64,000 nucleotides of DNA from Mustelus asterias (taxonomy: Eukaryota): assembly GCF_964213995.1 (NCBI RefSeq), contig NC_135825.1, positions 28,086,001 to 28,150,000 on the forward strand, given 5' to 3'. The notes under the pieces were generated by a model. That model worked only from the letters and a program-made list of their open reading frames with translations, was not told the origin of the DNA and made no database searches. The position numbers were made by a program, and so were the translations under genes. How positions within the stretch are numbered: the stretch's first letter is position 1; each line of letters begins with the position of its first letter. This document shows, piece by piece, positions 11,406-25,699 of the stretch.

Positions 11406-12911
11406 CACAAGGCTAATTCTTGGGGTGAAGGGTTGTCTTCTGAGGAATTGCTGAGTAAATTGGGCCTATGCTCCAAAGTCTAGAAAAATGAGAAATAATC
11501 TTTTTGAAATAGATATCATTCTGAGGGAGCTTGATGGGTAGATCCTGAGAGGAAGTTACCCCACTGGGGGCACAATCTAAAAATCAGGGGACTCCCATTT
11601 AAGATGGTGTTGAAGAGGAATTTTTTGTCTCGAGGGTCATTCGTCTTCCTCAGAGAATAGTGGAGGCTGGGTTATTGAATATATTCAAGGCTGATGTTTT
11701 GATCAAGGGAGTTGATGGTTATGGGGGGCATACAGTAAAGTGTAGCTAGGGTCACAATCCGGTCGATCGTGATCTTACAGAAGGGCAGTGCAGACTCAAG
11801 GGACTGAATATCCCATTCTTGGTCCAATTTCTTATGATTTTACAGTCTCATTATGGAAATATTACTGCCCCTCTATACCCAATTGAAAATAATTTATTTA
11901 CTGTGAACTATTGCTCAAAGAATATGGAATCAGTGAGCATAATGGATAACTGACTGACATCAAGACAGAAATTAGGGGTGTTTGAAGTGGCTGTAGGTGA
12001 AGTGGTGTTCCACGAGGATGGCAACAAACTACAAAAATGTTAAACTTGCACTGCCAGGTGACCTTTGCGTCCCCGGGGGAACCCCACGACAGGTTCATGT
12101 CTGAACATGTTGTAAACCTCATTGACATGACATTGTGACAGCGAGGTACAAAAATCTTGTGAAGAGGGAAGATCTGGTGAGGGGGAGGGGGTCTTTAATT
12201 AAATTTAAATGAATGCAAATGAGGTTCTTGCCCGTTATGGGCATGAACCAGATTGTTGCCGCAAGGAGATCGCAATCTCATGGTGAGATTTACAATTTCT
12301 GGGTTTCACCGGATCTTGAGCCTTGCCAGCGATTTTGCGGTTGGCGAATGTGTGCTCAAGATCCAGCCCAATGTTTTAGAAAACTGGTTTGACAGTTACA
12401 TTTTTAAACAAAAAACTTTGGACTGACCTTTTAAAGGCTGTTTCGAAATGGCTACAAGCTGCTAGGCAGAATTGTGGATTTCAGACTGAATTGTCTCTAC
12501 TGAGAGGACAAAAGACAATCTGTAATTTATTTATGGTTCACTGTGGTCTTGTACAGAAGATAACAAAGTTCCTTTGATGCTTCGTTGTAAGAACATAAAT
12601 TGTGCCTTGGCCAGTACAAAAGCACAGGTGACAGAAGGGCTTTTGATGTGTTGATGCTATATGTCGAGAATGGCTTGGCATTTTGTACAGGTCGCGTGAT
12701 AACGGTGGCTATCTTAGTTTACCTGCAAAAAGTAATGAAAAAAGCTGGAAGATCCAGAGCGAACCATTTTGAAGAAGCTTCAATCCAAGGAGAGCCAGAG
12801 AAAGGCATCTAAATACAGCTACTGGTCAGCTGTGAAGTAATTATGAAGCTTAAAATGCCACGCCTGCAGAATAGAATTAAGGAACCACCCTGTAAACATG
12901 ATGACACCAAT

Positions 12912-13240
12912 AAGAATCATAGAATCCCTACAGTGCAGAAGGAGGCCATTCGGCCCATCGAGTCTACACCGACCACAATCCCACCCAGGCCCTACCCCCA
13001 CATATTTTACCCGCCAATCCACGCATCTCAGGACTCTAAGGGACAATTTTTAACCTGGCCAATCAACCTAACCCGCACATCTTTGGACTGTGGGAGGAAA
13101 CCGGAGCACCCGGAGGAAACCCACGCAGACAGGAGGAGAATGTGCAAACTCCACACAGACAGTGACCCGAGCCGGGAATCGAACCTGGGACCCTGGAGCT
13201 GTGAAGCAGCAGTGCCAACCACTGTGCTACCGTGCCGCCC
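12912..13240 (-). mobile_element. HE1-like tRNA-derived V-SINE, full length, CR1-type tail
   Basis: A/B boxes (GCACAGTGGTT, GGTTCGATTCCC), V-domain TGTGGAGTTTGCACATTCTCC..GGTTTCCTCCCACAGTCC, tail GGGCCGAATGGCCTCCTTCTGCACTGT..ATTCTATGATTCT. Confidence 0.9.
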
Positions 13241-14304
13241 CTATTCCCCTATTAAAGCAACCTCTGGCAATTCGACAGTGTTTCTGCAGCTGCAATGGCT
13301 TCCAATCATACAACCCTCACTTGAGACAATGCAATAACCTGACTTCAAAAATATGAGGCCTGCACTGACTATGGACTGAACAGATTCAATTTTTATAGAT
13401 ATCATTTATTTTAATTTTAATCTTTGTGTATATGTATTAATGACATTGTCTTTTTTTGAGTAACTTGCAGAGTGAAATAACCTAACCTTTAAGTGAAAAG
13501 GCTTTGTTGCTGGGTTATTTTAAATTGAATTTCTCCCTCAGGTAAGCAAAAATGTACGCACGTGCACAATTAAGGTTCAGAGGCAAGGATGAGTTCAGAG
13601 ATGTGTGAGAAATTCTATTCGAAAAGGGTGAACCGAAGGAAAAGAAAAGACTCACGAGTAATTTAATTAAGGATTTTAAAATGATGGAAGGTTTTTATAG
13701 AGTATACAGATTGAGAATATTTCCATTTGTGGGGGATGAGAAAACCCGAAAAACCAACACAAGAAAGCCAGCAAGAAGTAACATGGGAAAAATAGGTTAC
13801 AGGGACATGGGGAACAGGTGGGGAGGTGGGTTTGAGACCAGGAGAGATCAGCCATGATCTGACTGAATGGCAGAGTAGGCTCGAAGGACTGAATTTGCCT
13901 ACTTCTGCTCCAAATTCCTATGTTCTTGTGTACTATGAATTTAGAACAACCTTTTTTTCCCAGTGTGGTGAGAATGTGGAAGACAGTACCACAATGTGAT
14001 TGTAGTATAGATCCATTGAAGAGGAGGATGATAAGCATAAAAGGAAGTAGGCAGTAAACTGTAATGCTTCTGTGGATCAATCTGGTGAACCTTTGTTGCA
14101 TTCCCGCTGTGGCAAGTATTTCTTTGTTGTTTAAAAAAATGGCCACTCCAAAATCTGAGAGTTTCAAACAAGCAAAGATTTATTTTGAGTACTTGCAAGG
14201 GAGTGAGAGAACCTCAGCAAGCCAAGGAATCTCTCGATGCTATCTCGCATTTATAGTTCTTAACTCCTTGATTCCCTCTTAGCTCAACTTCCAGCCTTAA
14301 GACA

Positions 14305-14596
14305 GGCCGGCACAGTGGTTAGCACTGCTGCCTCAGCGCCAGAGACCTGGGTTCGATTCCCGGCTTGGGTCACTGTCTGTGTGGAGTTTGCACGTTCTCC
14401 CCGTGTCTGCGTGAGTGTCCTCCGGATGCTCTGGTTTCCTCCCACAGTCCGAAAGACGTGCTGGTTAGGTGCATTAGCCATGCTAAATTCTCGTAGTGTA
14501 TCCGAACAGGTGTCTGAGTCTGGCAACTAGGGGATTTTCACAGTAACTTCATTGCAGTGTTATGTAAGCCTACTTGTGACCGTAATAAAATAAACT
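14305..14596 (+). mobile_element. V-SINE with alternative (Rex-Babar-like) tail
   Basis: Same head and V-domain as HE1; tail TTTTCACAGTAACTTCATTGCAGTGTT..GTAAGCCTACTTGTGAC..AATAAA. Confidence 0.85.
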
Positions 14597-14859
14597 AGTT
14601 TCCATGGTGACTTGACTATCTTACCTGGTCTCCAGTGGTCACCACATCTGCTTGCCCTATTCAGCAATGAATGTCTGTGCAAGCTGCTGCTATTGTTACA
14701 ACTGCAAGCTAGCAGCCTCTATGACTATCCTTGGCCAAGGATCCCATCATGCCTGAAATGAGTCAATACCATTTCCTTCGTTTGCCTATTCTAAATAACA
14801 TTTTAATATCAAATAAAATGATTTCAATTGTCTCACTTTACTTGAGTAAGGAAACCAAA

Positions 14860-15690
14860 ACTGCAAACACTGCTTCATGTGCACTCTCGCAGATCTGTCC
14901 AACAGCAGCAGCATTTTACTCTTGTACCCATTGTCTTGCAATAAAGGCAAACATACTATTTGCCTTTCTAACTGCTTGTTACACCTGCATGTTAGCTTTC
15001 AGTGACTTGTGAACAAGTTCACCCAGCTCCCTTTAGAAATCAACAAATCCAATCTCTCATTTAAATATTCTGCATTTCTGCTCTTCCAACCAAATTTCAC
15101 ATTTTCCCACATTTCACCACATTTTATTCCATCTGCCATGTTCTTACCCACTCTTAGCCTATCTAGGTTCCATTGAAGCCTCTTAGCAGCCTCCTCCCAA
15201 GTGCCACTCCCACGAAGTTTTGTATTATCAACACATTTGGAAACATTTCATTTGGTCTCCACATCTATATCATTTGATACAGATGTGAATAGCTGGGCCC
15301 AAGCACTGATCCTTGCAGTACCCCACTAGCCACAGATTGCCAACTTTAGAATGATCTGGCTATTTCTACTACTTTTTTCCATCTGTTAACCAACCCTAGT
15401 TCGCATATCATCCTCAGACCCATGCATTCAAATTGTGCTTACTAATCTCTTGTGTCGAGCCTTATTGGAAGTGTTCTGAAAATCCAATATACCACATCCA
15501 CTGGTTCTCTCATATCTAATCTGCTAATTCCCTCCTTTAAAAAAAATTCTTAACACGTTTTTAACATATTATTTCCCTTTCATAAATTCATGTTGACTCT
15601 GCTCTGTCCCACCATTATTTTCTAAGTGTCCAGTTATCGCAACTTTTATAATCGACTCTATAGCATTTTGCCGAATACTTATGTCAGGAA
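14860..15690 (-). mobile_element. Old CR1 RT fragment
   Basis: Reverse complement contains decayed GVLQGSVLGP (ggggtactgcaaggatcagtgcttgggcc) and WQME..V.KC motifs. Confidence 0.75.
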
Positions 15691-15699
15691 AATAGCAAA

Positions 15700-15890
15700 A
15701 ACCCCAGATCTTCCAAATAGTGTCATGGGATCTCACTCACCTACTGGAAGAACATTGGGGAATGGGTCATTTTAACAGCTCACCTGAAAGACTGGACTTC
15801 TCAAAGTGCAACACCCTCTTTGGTATGGTGTCAGACAGCCTTGATCTTTGTGCTCAGGTTCTGGAGTGGGATTTAAAACCAAACTCTCCA
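15700..15890 (-). mobile_element. Deu-domain SINE (SacSINE1/AmnSINE1-like) fragment
   Basis: Reverse complement has GATCCCATGACACTATTTGGAAGA (Deu core) and a tRNA-like head. Confidence 0.6.
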
Positions 15891-16610
15891 GGCTCGAGTG
15901 AGCAAGTTATGGTTGCTATTATCCCTTGTAACAGGAGTTCTCCATCTGCAACTTGGATTCGTGATCCTGAGATTTGATCTGTTGACTGAGCTAGCTAGAC
16001 ATCTAGAACACAATTGTTGTGTTGCAATATTCAGCACGCCCCTGTTGCTGTCTATCTTAAAACCAAAAGTCAACTCCCTTGTTTGGATTGCAGTATTTAC
16101 TCTGGAATTTACATAAACTGGGTGTAGTATTAAACCAAATATAAAAATTCACAGTTCTTTGATATGACTAATTCGTAGACTTTAATCCAACAGTGCGGTG
16201 CTTGCTAAGCATGATGTGAAACTGGTTGTATTCTGAGCAGATAGGGTTTTAATAATCACTGTTCCCTTCAGCTGAATTTTAAATAGATCAACTAGGTAAG
16301 CTGGGCACTTGGAAGTCTCTCAGCAATGGTGTGGTTCTTCCACTGTGGCTTGAGAGAATGTCAGTTTCATGGTTGTGGTGTAACATTTAATTTCCAAAAT
16401 GAGTCAGTGTAATTACTATTAATTCTTGTGTTTTTTTTTACTTAATTTTATGTAAACTCAATCTCTATATTATGAGACAGAGATAGGTAAGAGAAGGACA
16501 TGGACTGCAATGATTCAATGAAGCCCATGTTTATGCTTCATGTGAGTCTCCTCCCACTTTACCTAATCACACCTGATCACCATTTGTTCTATTCCTTTTC
16601 GCCTTCGTGT

Positions 16611-17113
16611 AGAAACATAGAAAAACTACAGCACAATACAGGCCCTTCAGCCCACAAAGTTGTGCCGAACATGTCCCTACCTTAGCGATTACTAGGCTTA
16701 CCTATAACCCTCTATCTTACTAAGTTCCATGTACTTATCTAAAAGTCTCTTAAGACCCTATCGAATCCGCCTCCACCACCGTTGCTGGCAACCCATTCCA
16801 CGCACCCACCACCCTCTGAGTGAAAAACTTACCCCTGACATCTCCTCTGTACCTACTCCCCAGCACCTTAAACCTGTGTCCTCTTGTGGCAACCATTTCA
16901 GCCCTAGGAAAAAGCCTCTGACTGTCCACTCGATCAATACCTCTCAACATCTTATACACCTCTATCAGGTCACCCTTCATCTCTCCAAAGAGAAAAGGCC
17001 GAGCTCACTCAACCTATCCTCATAAGGCATGCTCCTCAACCCAGGCAACATTTTTGTAAATCTCCTCTGCGCCCTTTCTATGGCTTCCAAATCCTTCCTG
17101 TAATGAGGCGACC
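16611..17113 (-). mobile_element. CR1 (HER1-like) 3' fragment
   Basis: GDLIEVYKMLRGIDRVDSQRLFPR..TRGHRFKV..FFTQRVVGAWN, short 3' UTR and TTTCTATG repeat. Confidence 0.92.
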
Positions 17114-17699
17114 ATATTCATGCTATTTGCCTAAGACAGTCTGTGGTGGCAAGAACCACCCTCTGAGTGAAGATGTTTGTCCTGAATTCTTTTTTGCATT
17201 CATCCGTAACTATCTTGTTTCCCCAATTTTAGACTTCCCCAGAATTGGAAAGATGTTCACTACCTTATCCTTTCATAATTTTAAAGACATTTATCAGATC
17301 AAGTATCAGCCTTCTGTTTTGAACTGAAATAAATCCTTTCTGATGGTTGCAACTTCTCACTTCTGTTATCATCCTTGTGAATCTTTTTTGCACTACTTCT
17401 TGTGGCTATCCTTTTCTTAATGTAGAGAGCAGAACCGAGCGCAGCATTTGTAGTGTGGCCTAACCTATGTTGCTACTTTTAATATTAATACAAAGTCAAA
17501 ATACTGTGGATTCTGGAAGACTGAATTATAAATAGCAATGTTGTAGACGTTCAACAGGTAGTATTTTTGGAACGAGAAACTGAGTTAATGTGCTGTCAAG
17601 CAGCACTTACTGAGCAATAACCTGCTCACTGACCTCAGTTTGGGTTCCACCGGGTTCACTCGGCTCCTGAGCTCAGTACAACTTTATCCCAAACATTGT

Positions 17700-19085
17700 C
17701 AAAAGAGCTGAACTCGATGAGGTGAGAGTGATTTTTCCATCAAGGCAGCATTTTACCGAATGTGACATCAAAGAGCCCTAGCAAAACTGGAACCAATGAT
17801 AATCAGGGGGTAAACTCTCCACTGGTTGGAGTCCAATCAAGCACAGGGAAATATGGTTTGGTTTCAGAGGTCAAACATCAATCCCAGAACAGCAGGAGTT
17901 TCCCAAGATAGTGTCCTGGCCCAACCATCTTCAGCTGCTTCATCAAAGACCTTCCTTCCGTCATATGGTCAGTAGTGTGGGTGTTTGCTGATGATTGCAC
18001 AATGTTCAGTTTCATTCCATTCACGATTCCTCAGATACTGAAGCAATCTGAGCCCATGTGCAGCAAAACTTGGTCAGGTTTGGGCTGATAAGTGGCAAGT
18101 AACACTTGCACGAGGCAAATGCCAGACAATAACCATCTTCAATCAGAGAGAATCCAACTATCTCCCCTTGACATTCAATGGCATCGCCATCACTGAATCC
18201 CTCATAATCAACATCTTGGGGGTTATTCTGTGTGGAGTTTGCACATTCTCCTCGTGTCTGCGTGGGTTTCCTCCGGGTGCTCCGGTTTCCTCCCACAGTC
18301 CAAAGATGTGCGGGTTAGGTTGATTGGCCAGGTTAAAAATTGTCCCTTAGAGTCCTGGGATGCGTAGGTTAGAGGGATTAGCGGGTAAAATATGTGGGGG
18401 GAGGGCCTGGGTGGGATTGTGGTCGGTGCAGACTCGATGGGCCGAATGGCCTCCTTCTGCACTGTTGGGTTTCTATGTTTCTAGACCAGAAACCGAACTG
18501 GAACAGCTATATACAAGAGCAGGTCAGAGGTTGGGAATTCTGTGAAGAGTAACTTACCTTCTGACTCCCCAAAACCTGTCCCCCTCCTACAAGGCACAAG
18601 TCAGGAATACTCTCCACTTGTCTGGATGAGTGCAACTCCAACAACATTCAAGAAGCTTGACCTATCCAGGACAAAGCAGCCCGCTTGATTGGCACCCCAT
18701 CCACCATCTTAAACATTTACTCTCTCCACCCCAAAGCACTGTGGCAGCAGTATTTATCTTCGACAGGATGCGCTGCAGCAGCTCCATTGACAACACCTTC
18801 AATAGCTGTGACTTCTGCCACCTATAAGGACAGGGGCAGCTGGTGCATGGGAATAGCATCACCTGCATGTTCCTCTTCAAGTCATACACACCACCATGAA
18901 TCCAAAATTATATTGCTGTTCTTTCACTATCGTTGGGTCAAAATCCTGGAACTCTCTTCCTAATAGCACTGTGGGTGTACCTACACCACATAGACTGCAG
19001 CCGTTCAATAAGGTAGCTCACCTCCACTTCTAAAGAGAAATTAGGGATGGGTAATAAATCTTGGCCTAGCCAGTGATGGGCACAT
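17700..19085 (+). mobile_element. Old CR1-group (Zenon-like) LINE RT + 3' end, interrupted by a SINE
   Basis: SVLGPTIFSCFI-like and VFADDCTMF motifs, YKAQVR..EYSPL, IQDKAARLIG; 3' AATTAGGGATGGG tail. Confidence 0.8.
18227..18483 (+). mobile_element. 5'-truncated HE1-like V-SINE (CR1 tail)
   Basis: Near-identical to the reverse complement of 12912-13160. Confidence 0.9.
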
Positions 19086-21384
19086 GCTTGAGAGAATTTT
19101 TCAAAAGTTTCAGACCTTGGGTCTGAAAAGTTGTAAAGTGTGAGATCAAGGAATAGTATCTAACTTTTTGCCAAAGCACTTTACAGTCTTCTGCATTAAT
19201 TGGTGAGTTCCAATAATTTCAGATCATGACCACTGCTGTCATTTATTTTCATCCGGCAGATGCTGTTAATAATTCTGCTTTAATCATTCCTGCATCCCTC
19301 ACAACCACAGTCCTTCCCTTTTGTTCTTTCCACCCTTCCCACTGCCCCTTTCAGTGCTTCTAGGCTTGCTTGAAAATTGTTTCATCTGTAAATGTAACGT
19401 TTGCTAGTTCTGATGGAAGGCCACTAGCCCCAAACATTTAACTCTGCTTTTCTTCTCTCTCATATGCTGCTTGACTTGCAATAGCATAGTCCAGAGTCAA
19501 TGCTATAGACAACAATAGCAAGCCAAATTCTAGACTTTTGGTAGGGATGAAGTCTATCAATTTAAAAACTGTTTAATGACACCATTGTATCCTAGTGAAC
19601 AACTGTGAAGAAGCATAGAATCCCTATAGTGCAGAAAGAGGCCATTCAGCCCATCAACTCTGCGCTAAGCAGCAATGATGCAGATTAAGGGGTGAAAGGA
19701 CCTCCTGATTGGTATCGGTGGAGGGGGCCTGAGTACTAAGATGTCATGATGAGCAGGCCATTAAAGACAACTGAACAAAAATCTGTAAAAATAAGTAAAA
19801 TGATAACTTTGAGAAGAAGTTAAGGTATAATCTGTTGAATTTAAATCATTTTAAAACTTGCATACTAAAAATAACTTTTAAGAATCTTTTAACTGAAACC
19901 TGCTTGCATTAACACCTGGAGAAATGGGACTGGGAGAACTGTACAGCCACCTAGGGAGGCCTGAAATAAGCAATTGATACTTATTCAAACCTGACAGCTC
20001 CAGAGGAATTCGAGGTGTGACACCATTGCTTGGTGTGACAAAATCATGATGCAGGGAGTAAATGTGGAAAGCAAAGTATAAGGTGAACTTCTCTAGTAGA
20101 TTTCCTGTGCATCATTACTTAGGGTAAAATATGCTGTTCTGCTATCCCTGTGGTCTTGTAACTGGAAAGACAGATAGATGATGGCCTGTTCTTCATTGCT
20201 CTAACATATATAAAAATTGAAGCCTCTGTGAATTGACCTAATTCTGCAATTAGAATTGTAGATTCTAATTTACAATTCAACTAAATAAGAGTGTCAGAGG
20301 TTGTTGGGCATGATAACAAGGATGTGAGGGGTTGTGGAGTGGAGAAGGAATGGAATATGACTCTAGTGCAATACTCGTGTGTCTACAGGACGGGTTCAAC
20401 AGGCAGATTATCATCTCACTCCAGGCACAGTATTTTTGAGCGCCCGTGTTCTGGGCTATCTGTTGTTTGAAGTCCGGAGCTGACCAGCAAGCTATAAGTG
20501 GGTTCGATAGCACACTATTAATACGGTTTCAAACTTACAAATGTATTTAAACAGGTTCCAAGTTTTATATAAAAATGACTTTAGGCCCTGGAATGGTTCA
20601 GGAAAATATATATTTTTAACTGAAGAAGTGAATGAGTTTGTGAGACCCTTTTTTCAAAAAAAAAATTGGCTTCTAATCATCGATTGAGAAAACTTACTGC
20701 TCAAATGAAATAACTGTTGATTTTAATGTAAGTTCTACATGATATTAAACAGAGACTTCAATCACTGCTTTGTTTTCAAGTATTTTTGAAAAAAATGATA
20801 AAGTTCACAGAGGACAAAGTGACACACCTTTGTGTGGATGCATACTAAGAAATTCTGCAGGCAGCAACGTTCATAACACAAAGTTATGATAAATTCTCTA
20901 TCTGGGGGAAAAATATGCAGTCCAGGTTTTTGAAACAAGCTGAGACCCTGAAATCCGAAGAAACCAAAGACAATCCAGGAGTACACTTATTTAATTTTCG
21001 GGAAAGTTATTAATGCAGAACTGTTTTGGACATCAGTTACTGAGGGGAAAATCATTTGAGAATGTTTTGAGTCATTCATAGTTGGATTCGGGGCTGAATG
21101 ACCTCCTCATGTTGTTATGCTTAGAATGAGACCTGGCAGGATTTGATTTTCAGGCAGTTGGTACATGAGGCCATGGTTACGATCCTGAAGGCTCTGGATC
21201 TCACTGGTGGAGTATAAGGTGCGCAGGAAGAATAGAATTCTCCACTGCAGTAGCTGCATTGTTACAGAATTTAGCCGAAAAACAGTATGCTGTAGGAGCT
21301 TGTTATCCACCGGAAAGAATGGGACTGTCCTGGCAGATAATAGAAATTAGTGGATAACTTGAGAATACAAATTGCTATACACTG

Positions 21385-21890
21385 CTCACTTGGAGCAGAA
21401 GTAGGCTATTTAGCCTTTTCCGCCATTCAATAAGATCATGGCTGACCTACCTCAGCTACACCTCTACGCACTATCCACAAATCCATTGGTTTCCTTAGCA
21501 TCAAAAATTCTGTCCACAGCTGAGAAATATATTCAATAACTAAGCACTTACAGTTCTCTGGAGTAGAGATTTCCAAAGGTTCACAATCCATTGAGTGAAG
21601 ATATTTTCCCCTCATTTCAGTCTTAAAAGGCTGTCCACTTATCCTGAAACTGGCCCCAGGTTCTAAACTCCCCAGCCAGGGATAACATCCAGCATCTACT
21701 CTGTCAAGCCCCTCAAGAATTTCACACGTTTTAATGAGATCTCTCCTCATAGGACAATCCTGTTATCCCATGAAGCAGTCTAGTGAACCTTCATTGCATT
21801 CCCCCTAAGGCAAGTATATCTTTCCTTTGGTAAAGTGACCCAAACTGTACTCTCGGTGAAGTCCCACCAAAGCCCTTTACAATTGCAATA
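21385..21890 (-). mobile_element. Old CR1 3' fragment
   Basis: MRRDLIKTCEILEGLDRVDAG plus CR1 end hairpin (agaagtaggctatttagcc). Confidence 0.75.
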
Positions 21891-23460
21891 AGATTTATTT
21901 TCTGTTCAAATCTGCTGTTCCTTTTTTTGCTACGTTCCTTTCCGTATGCTGCCAAGATCTGCTCATCCTGCATAGCTAACTGATTAATTCCTGGTGTTGG
22001 CTCAGCTACAGACCCAAGATGAGATTTCATTTTAACATGCAAGTTCTGATTTTCAAGTTGGCAGCTCCACGGAGGTCAGTGCTGTGGCTGTCAATGGAAT
22101 TGTTCACCTTTGTACCTGGGGATGGTAGTGTTTGGTCTGGAGGAATGTATTTGGCTCACTGTTTTTGGGTCTGTGTTAGACCTCGTGGCTGGAGTTGAGG
22201 GCAGGATAGCTGTGAATCAGCAGGCCAGTTGATTGATCAACTGTGTAGCACCTGCTCATATTGCCAGCAGGCAGTGGACTGTAAATTGAAACAAAAAATT
22301 GCTGGCATCCCTAATTCCCAATGGTGTGTGTTTGTTTATTGGAAATATATATTGAGCATATTATATATCATTTTTAACTGTTACCTGGGTAAATTCAGCT
22401 GTATGGTGCACTTGAGTCGAAACTCACTGTTCTTTGTCTCGTGCAGTAGGTTTTCTAACATCCATCTGAAGCACGAGAACAGGCTCTTGGCTTGTTATCT
22501 AATCTACAAGATGGCATCTCTGATAATGTATCACTCACTTAGTATTGCATTCAATTCTTGGAGGAAGGCTTAAATTCACAACAGCTGATTTTTGAGGCAT
22601 GAGTGATATCAACCTATTTAACTTGACCTTTGAAAAAGAGCTCTGGCAATGTCAAAGTTAGCAAAGCTAAGGTGCAAAAGGGGTTTAACCGCGACCATTA
22701 CTTTAGTTGAAAATGGAAAGCCCAGAGTAGGAAAATGGTTTGCGTTGCTTGTTCCGTCAGTGTTTTGCCTGCACCTGTTCCTCTTCTAAAGGAACTGACA
22801 TATTGCCATACAACTCCAAGGGACATCAATAACCCAGTGGTTTTGAAATGCCCATTCTGACAGACTATTCAGCAGTGGAGGTCATAGCCAATTCATTCTT
22901 GTTCTGATGTAATGTATGCATACACACACATGGACCATTGGACTGAAAAAAACTGTTGGAATTTTCTAACTTACTCCTACGCGTGCTTTCTAGGTGTGGT
23001 GCGCTAAGATCACAAATTAATATTGACTAGGAACTGAGCCTGGGGCCTTATTAGTCTGTGCAACTTAATTTTAGAAGTCGCCCTATTTACTGACTAGATA
23101 AGGTGTTAAGATTAAAGGGACTTCCAGAAGAAGGGCGGTGACAGGTGCGAAATGTAGCCTTCGTTCACCATTTTTATTTGCATTTAAATATGACCGTAAG
23201 ATTATTTTACATAAATGAAACGAACAATTCCAAGAAACTTTTACATTTCCTTTGCGTATTTCAAACTGTCTAGGACTGCTGACCTGTTCTTTTTCACTTT
23301 GTTAATGGACTCGAAGGTCATTTCCACAAGGACTAGTGCAGTATTTGTTGATGTGTTACCAACTGGTGCTTTCTGTAAGAAACACACATTGAAACTGTGT
23401 TGTTTGGAAATTAGAACTGACATAAAGACCACCAATTTATTCATTCCTGACATACAATTT

Positions 23461-23730
23461 GGGGCGGCACAGTGGTTAGCACTGCTGCTTCACAGTGCCA
23501 GGGACCCGGGTTCGATTCCCGGCTTGGGTCACTGTCTGTGTCGAGTTTGTACGTTCTCCCTGTGTCTGCATGGGTTTCCTCCGGGTGCTCCCGTTTCCTT
23601 CCACATTCTGAAAGACGTGCCGGTTTGGTGTATTGACCCGAACAAGCGCTGGACTGTTGCGAATAGGAGAATTTCACAGTAACCTAATTTTAGTGTAGTG
23701 TAAGCCTTACTTGTGAATGATAAATAAACT
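23461..23730 (+). mobile_element. V-SINE with Rex-Babar-like tail
   Basis: Head + V-domain + TTTCACAGTAA..TACTTGTGA..TAAATAAA. Confidence 0.85.
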
Positions 23731-25699
23731 TGCTTACAATTTGAGTTCAGATAAATGTATTGGGCATATTTAGCCAAAATTAACTCGTTAATCCAACATT
23801 ATGGAATTTAATTTTGTTTTGAAATATTTTTGTTTCCAGTTGGGGGAAAAAAATTCCTAGATTAAAAATAGAGTTTATGTGCACGTATGAAGAAACATTT
23901 AATGGGTGGCAATATTGTGTTACTAAATTAACACCGTTTACTTTCAGTTGTGACATTATGTCGAGGCCTTCATTGATGTGTATTTTTAATTTATTTCTTG
24001 GAAAGAACTGGATTAATTCACAAAAATTCACTAAAAATTAAACATGTGGGTGACTATGGCAAGGCACATTTATTATGATTATTTGCTTTTTATGTTTGTG
24101 CTGCATGGTAGTTGGAATCTGGATCTCTGACACTCTTGCAAGATCAGCTCTTGTTTCACTATCATTTGTGAGATTTCCTGTGTTAAATTCACTAAAGTGA
24201 GATCATATAATAATATGCATTTATACTTGGCTTCCTATCAGTATTAGGGCCATCTCATACATTTTAAAAATACTTTTCAAGTAATTTAAAATATACAATT
24301 ATTTTACTTTTTCTGCATGTTCGTTACTGTTAATTTGCTATCCTAATATCCATGGGAATAGTAAGTTATCTTGACAACTGCAGGCAACTGTTTTAACTGT
24401 ATACACGGACTGATGTAACAATACCCTGTGTCATAATCAGCACTTTGATTGAAGTTATGTTATTTCTATTAGCTGTTATTACAGATCCTAAAAATGTGTA
24501 TTTTGCTGAAAAGATTATTTGGCTGAATGGAAAAAAATACTGTGTATGTGGTTAAGGATTATTTTGCAAGGTAGGCATGGGTGAATGGAATCGTATTGAA
24601 CGGTCAGAACAAGGTTGCAGTGAACTCTTAATTGCAGGTGCCACATGAGATATTAATGTTGCGGTATGTTGTGAAGGATGCAAGGTCTTGAAGGGTTGAG
24701 AATCAGTTGGGAGATGCAGTTATTCAGTTAATCATTAAGTGAATTACATTGTGATGGTTTTGTAAATTGGACATTTTCTAGATGTAAAATGCAGATTAAG
24801 CTTTTGTTTTAGCTCTGTTCTTGTGATGTGGATGAGTCTGCCAGGGCTACATTTATTGCTGACACCTGGTTGCTCCTTGATTTGCCACTGCCCTTTTGAT
24901 GCTGGTTATCCCATGATGCTGCCGTGGAGGCAATTCCAGGATATTAACTCAAGTCAGAATTGTGCGCGACTTGAAGGAATTAGTGTTCTCATGACTTATT
25001 GCTCTGGTCTTAGTGGTAGAGATTGGAGGGGCAATGAAGTATTGGCCAAATAATTCACCAAGATTACTGCTATGCATCCCGGAGATCATATGTGCTTAAG
25101 CATTGTTTTTTCACTGCTGCTGCTTTTAGTAGTGTAAATGAAATTACAATGATCAAAATTTGTATTTGTTGTAGGATAAGTATCCTTTACATGCTATGCA
25201 GTAAAGCTAACTTAATGGTAGTGTTGCAACATTAAATGGAGTTGTGTGTGTAGCGAATCAAAGATATCAAGGTCCATTTAATTGATTTGTTTCTATCCCT
25301 ATATTGTACTATTGCTTATCTATTATTATAGTAAGCTTTTGAATCTTTGACCAGAAATTCGCTTCTCAACACTTGAATGTGCTTAAAGTCTGGGCAATTG
25401 ACAATTGTTATGAATATTTGGAAAGCAAAATTCATGATAGAAATATGCCGAGAAGAGAATTGTAAACAGACTCCTTGTTTTTAGCAGAATGCAGCAAAAT
25501 GGACAATGTCTTTGTTGCAAGGCTTTTATAGTCCACTTCTTACAGTGTTGTCGATGAGTATTGTGTTCATCTGCAAATGTGAAGCACTGGTATCTAAATT
25601 GAACAACTTTCTTCACCCTTCCTTTTTGACTGACCTTTTCTAGGTAAGGGAGAGTTAATTATTGTATTTGAATCTAAGTACTCCAGGCTCCCCTGATGC

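Larger units (their letters stand above)
5370..11835 (+). mobile_element. Old degenerate CR1 LINE (RT C-terminus + 3' UTR) split into three pieces (5370-5460, 8773-9155, 11406-11835) by two younger insertions
   Basis: Decayed KFADD-like motif (gctaaattcaccgac), then AFIARxxEYK (gccttattgcaagatggatagagtataaa) and LVRPHLE (ttggtaagaccacatctggag), then a CR1-type 3' end. The sequence reads continuously once both inserts are removed. Confidence 0.8.

Noticed and set aside
13180-13240. tRNA genes
   Set aside because: A/B boxes belong to SINE heads; no complete cloverleaf.
12843-13337. Recurrent ORFs such as CGRKPEHPEETHAD / GGNRSTRRKPTQT
   Set aside because: Translations of the V-SINE body; non-coding.
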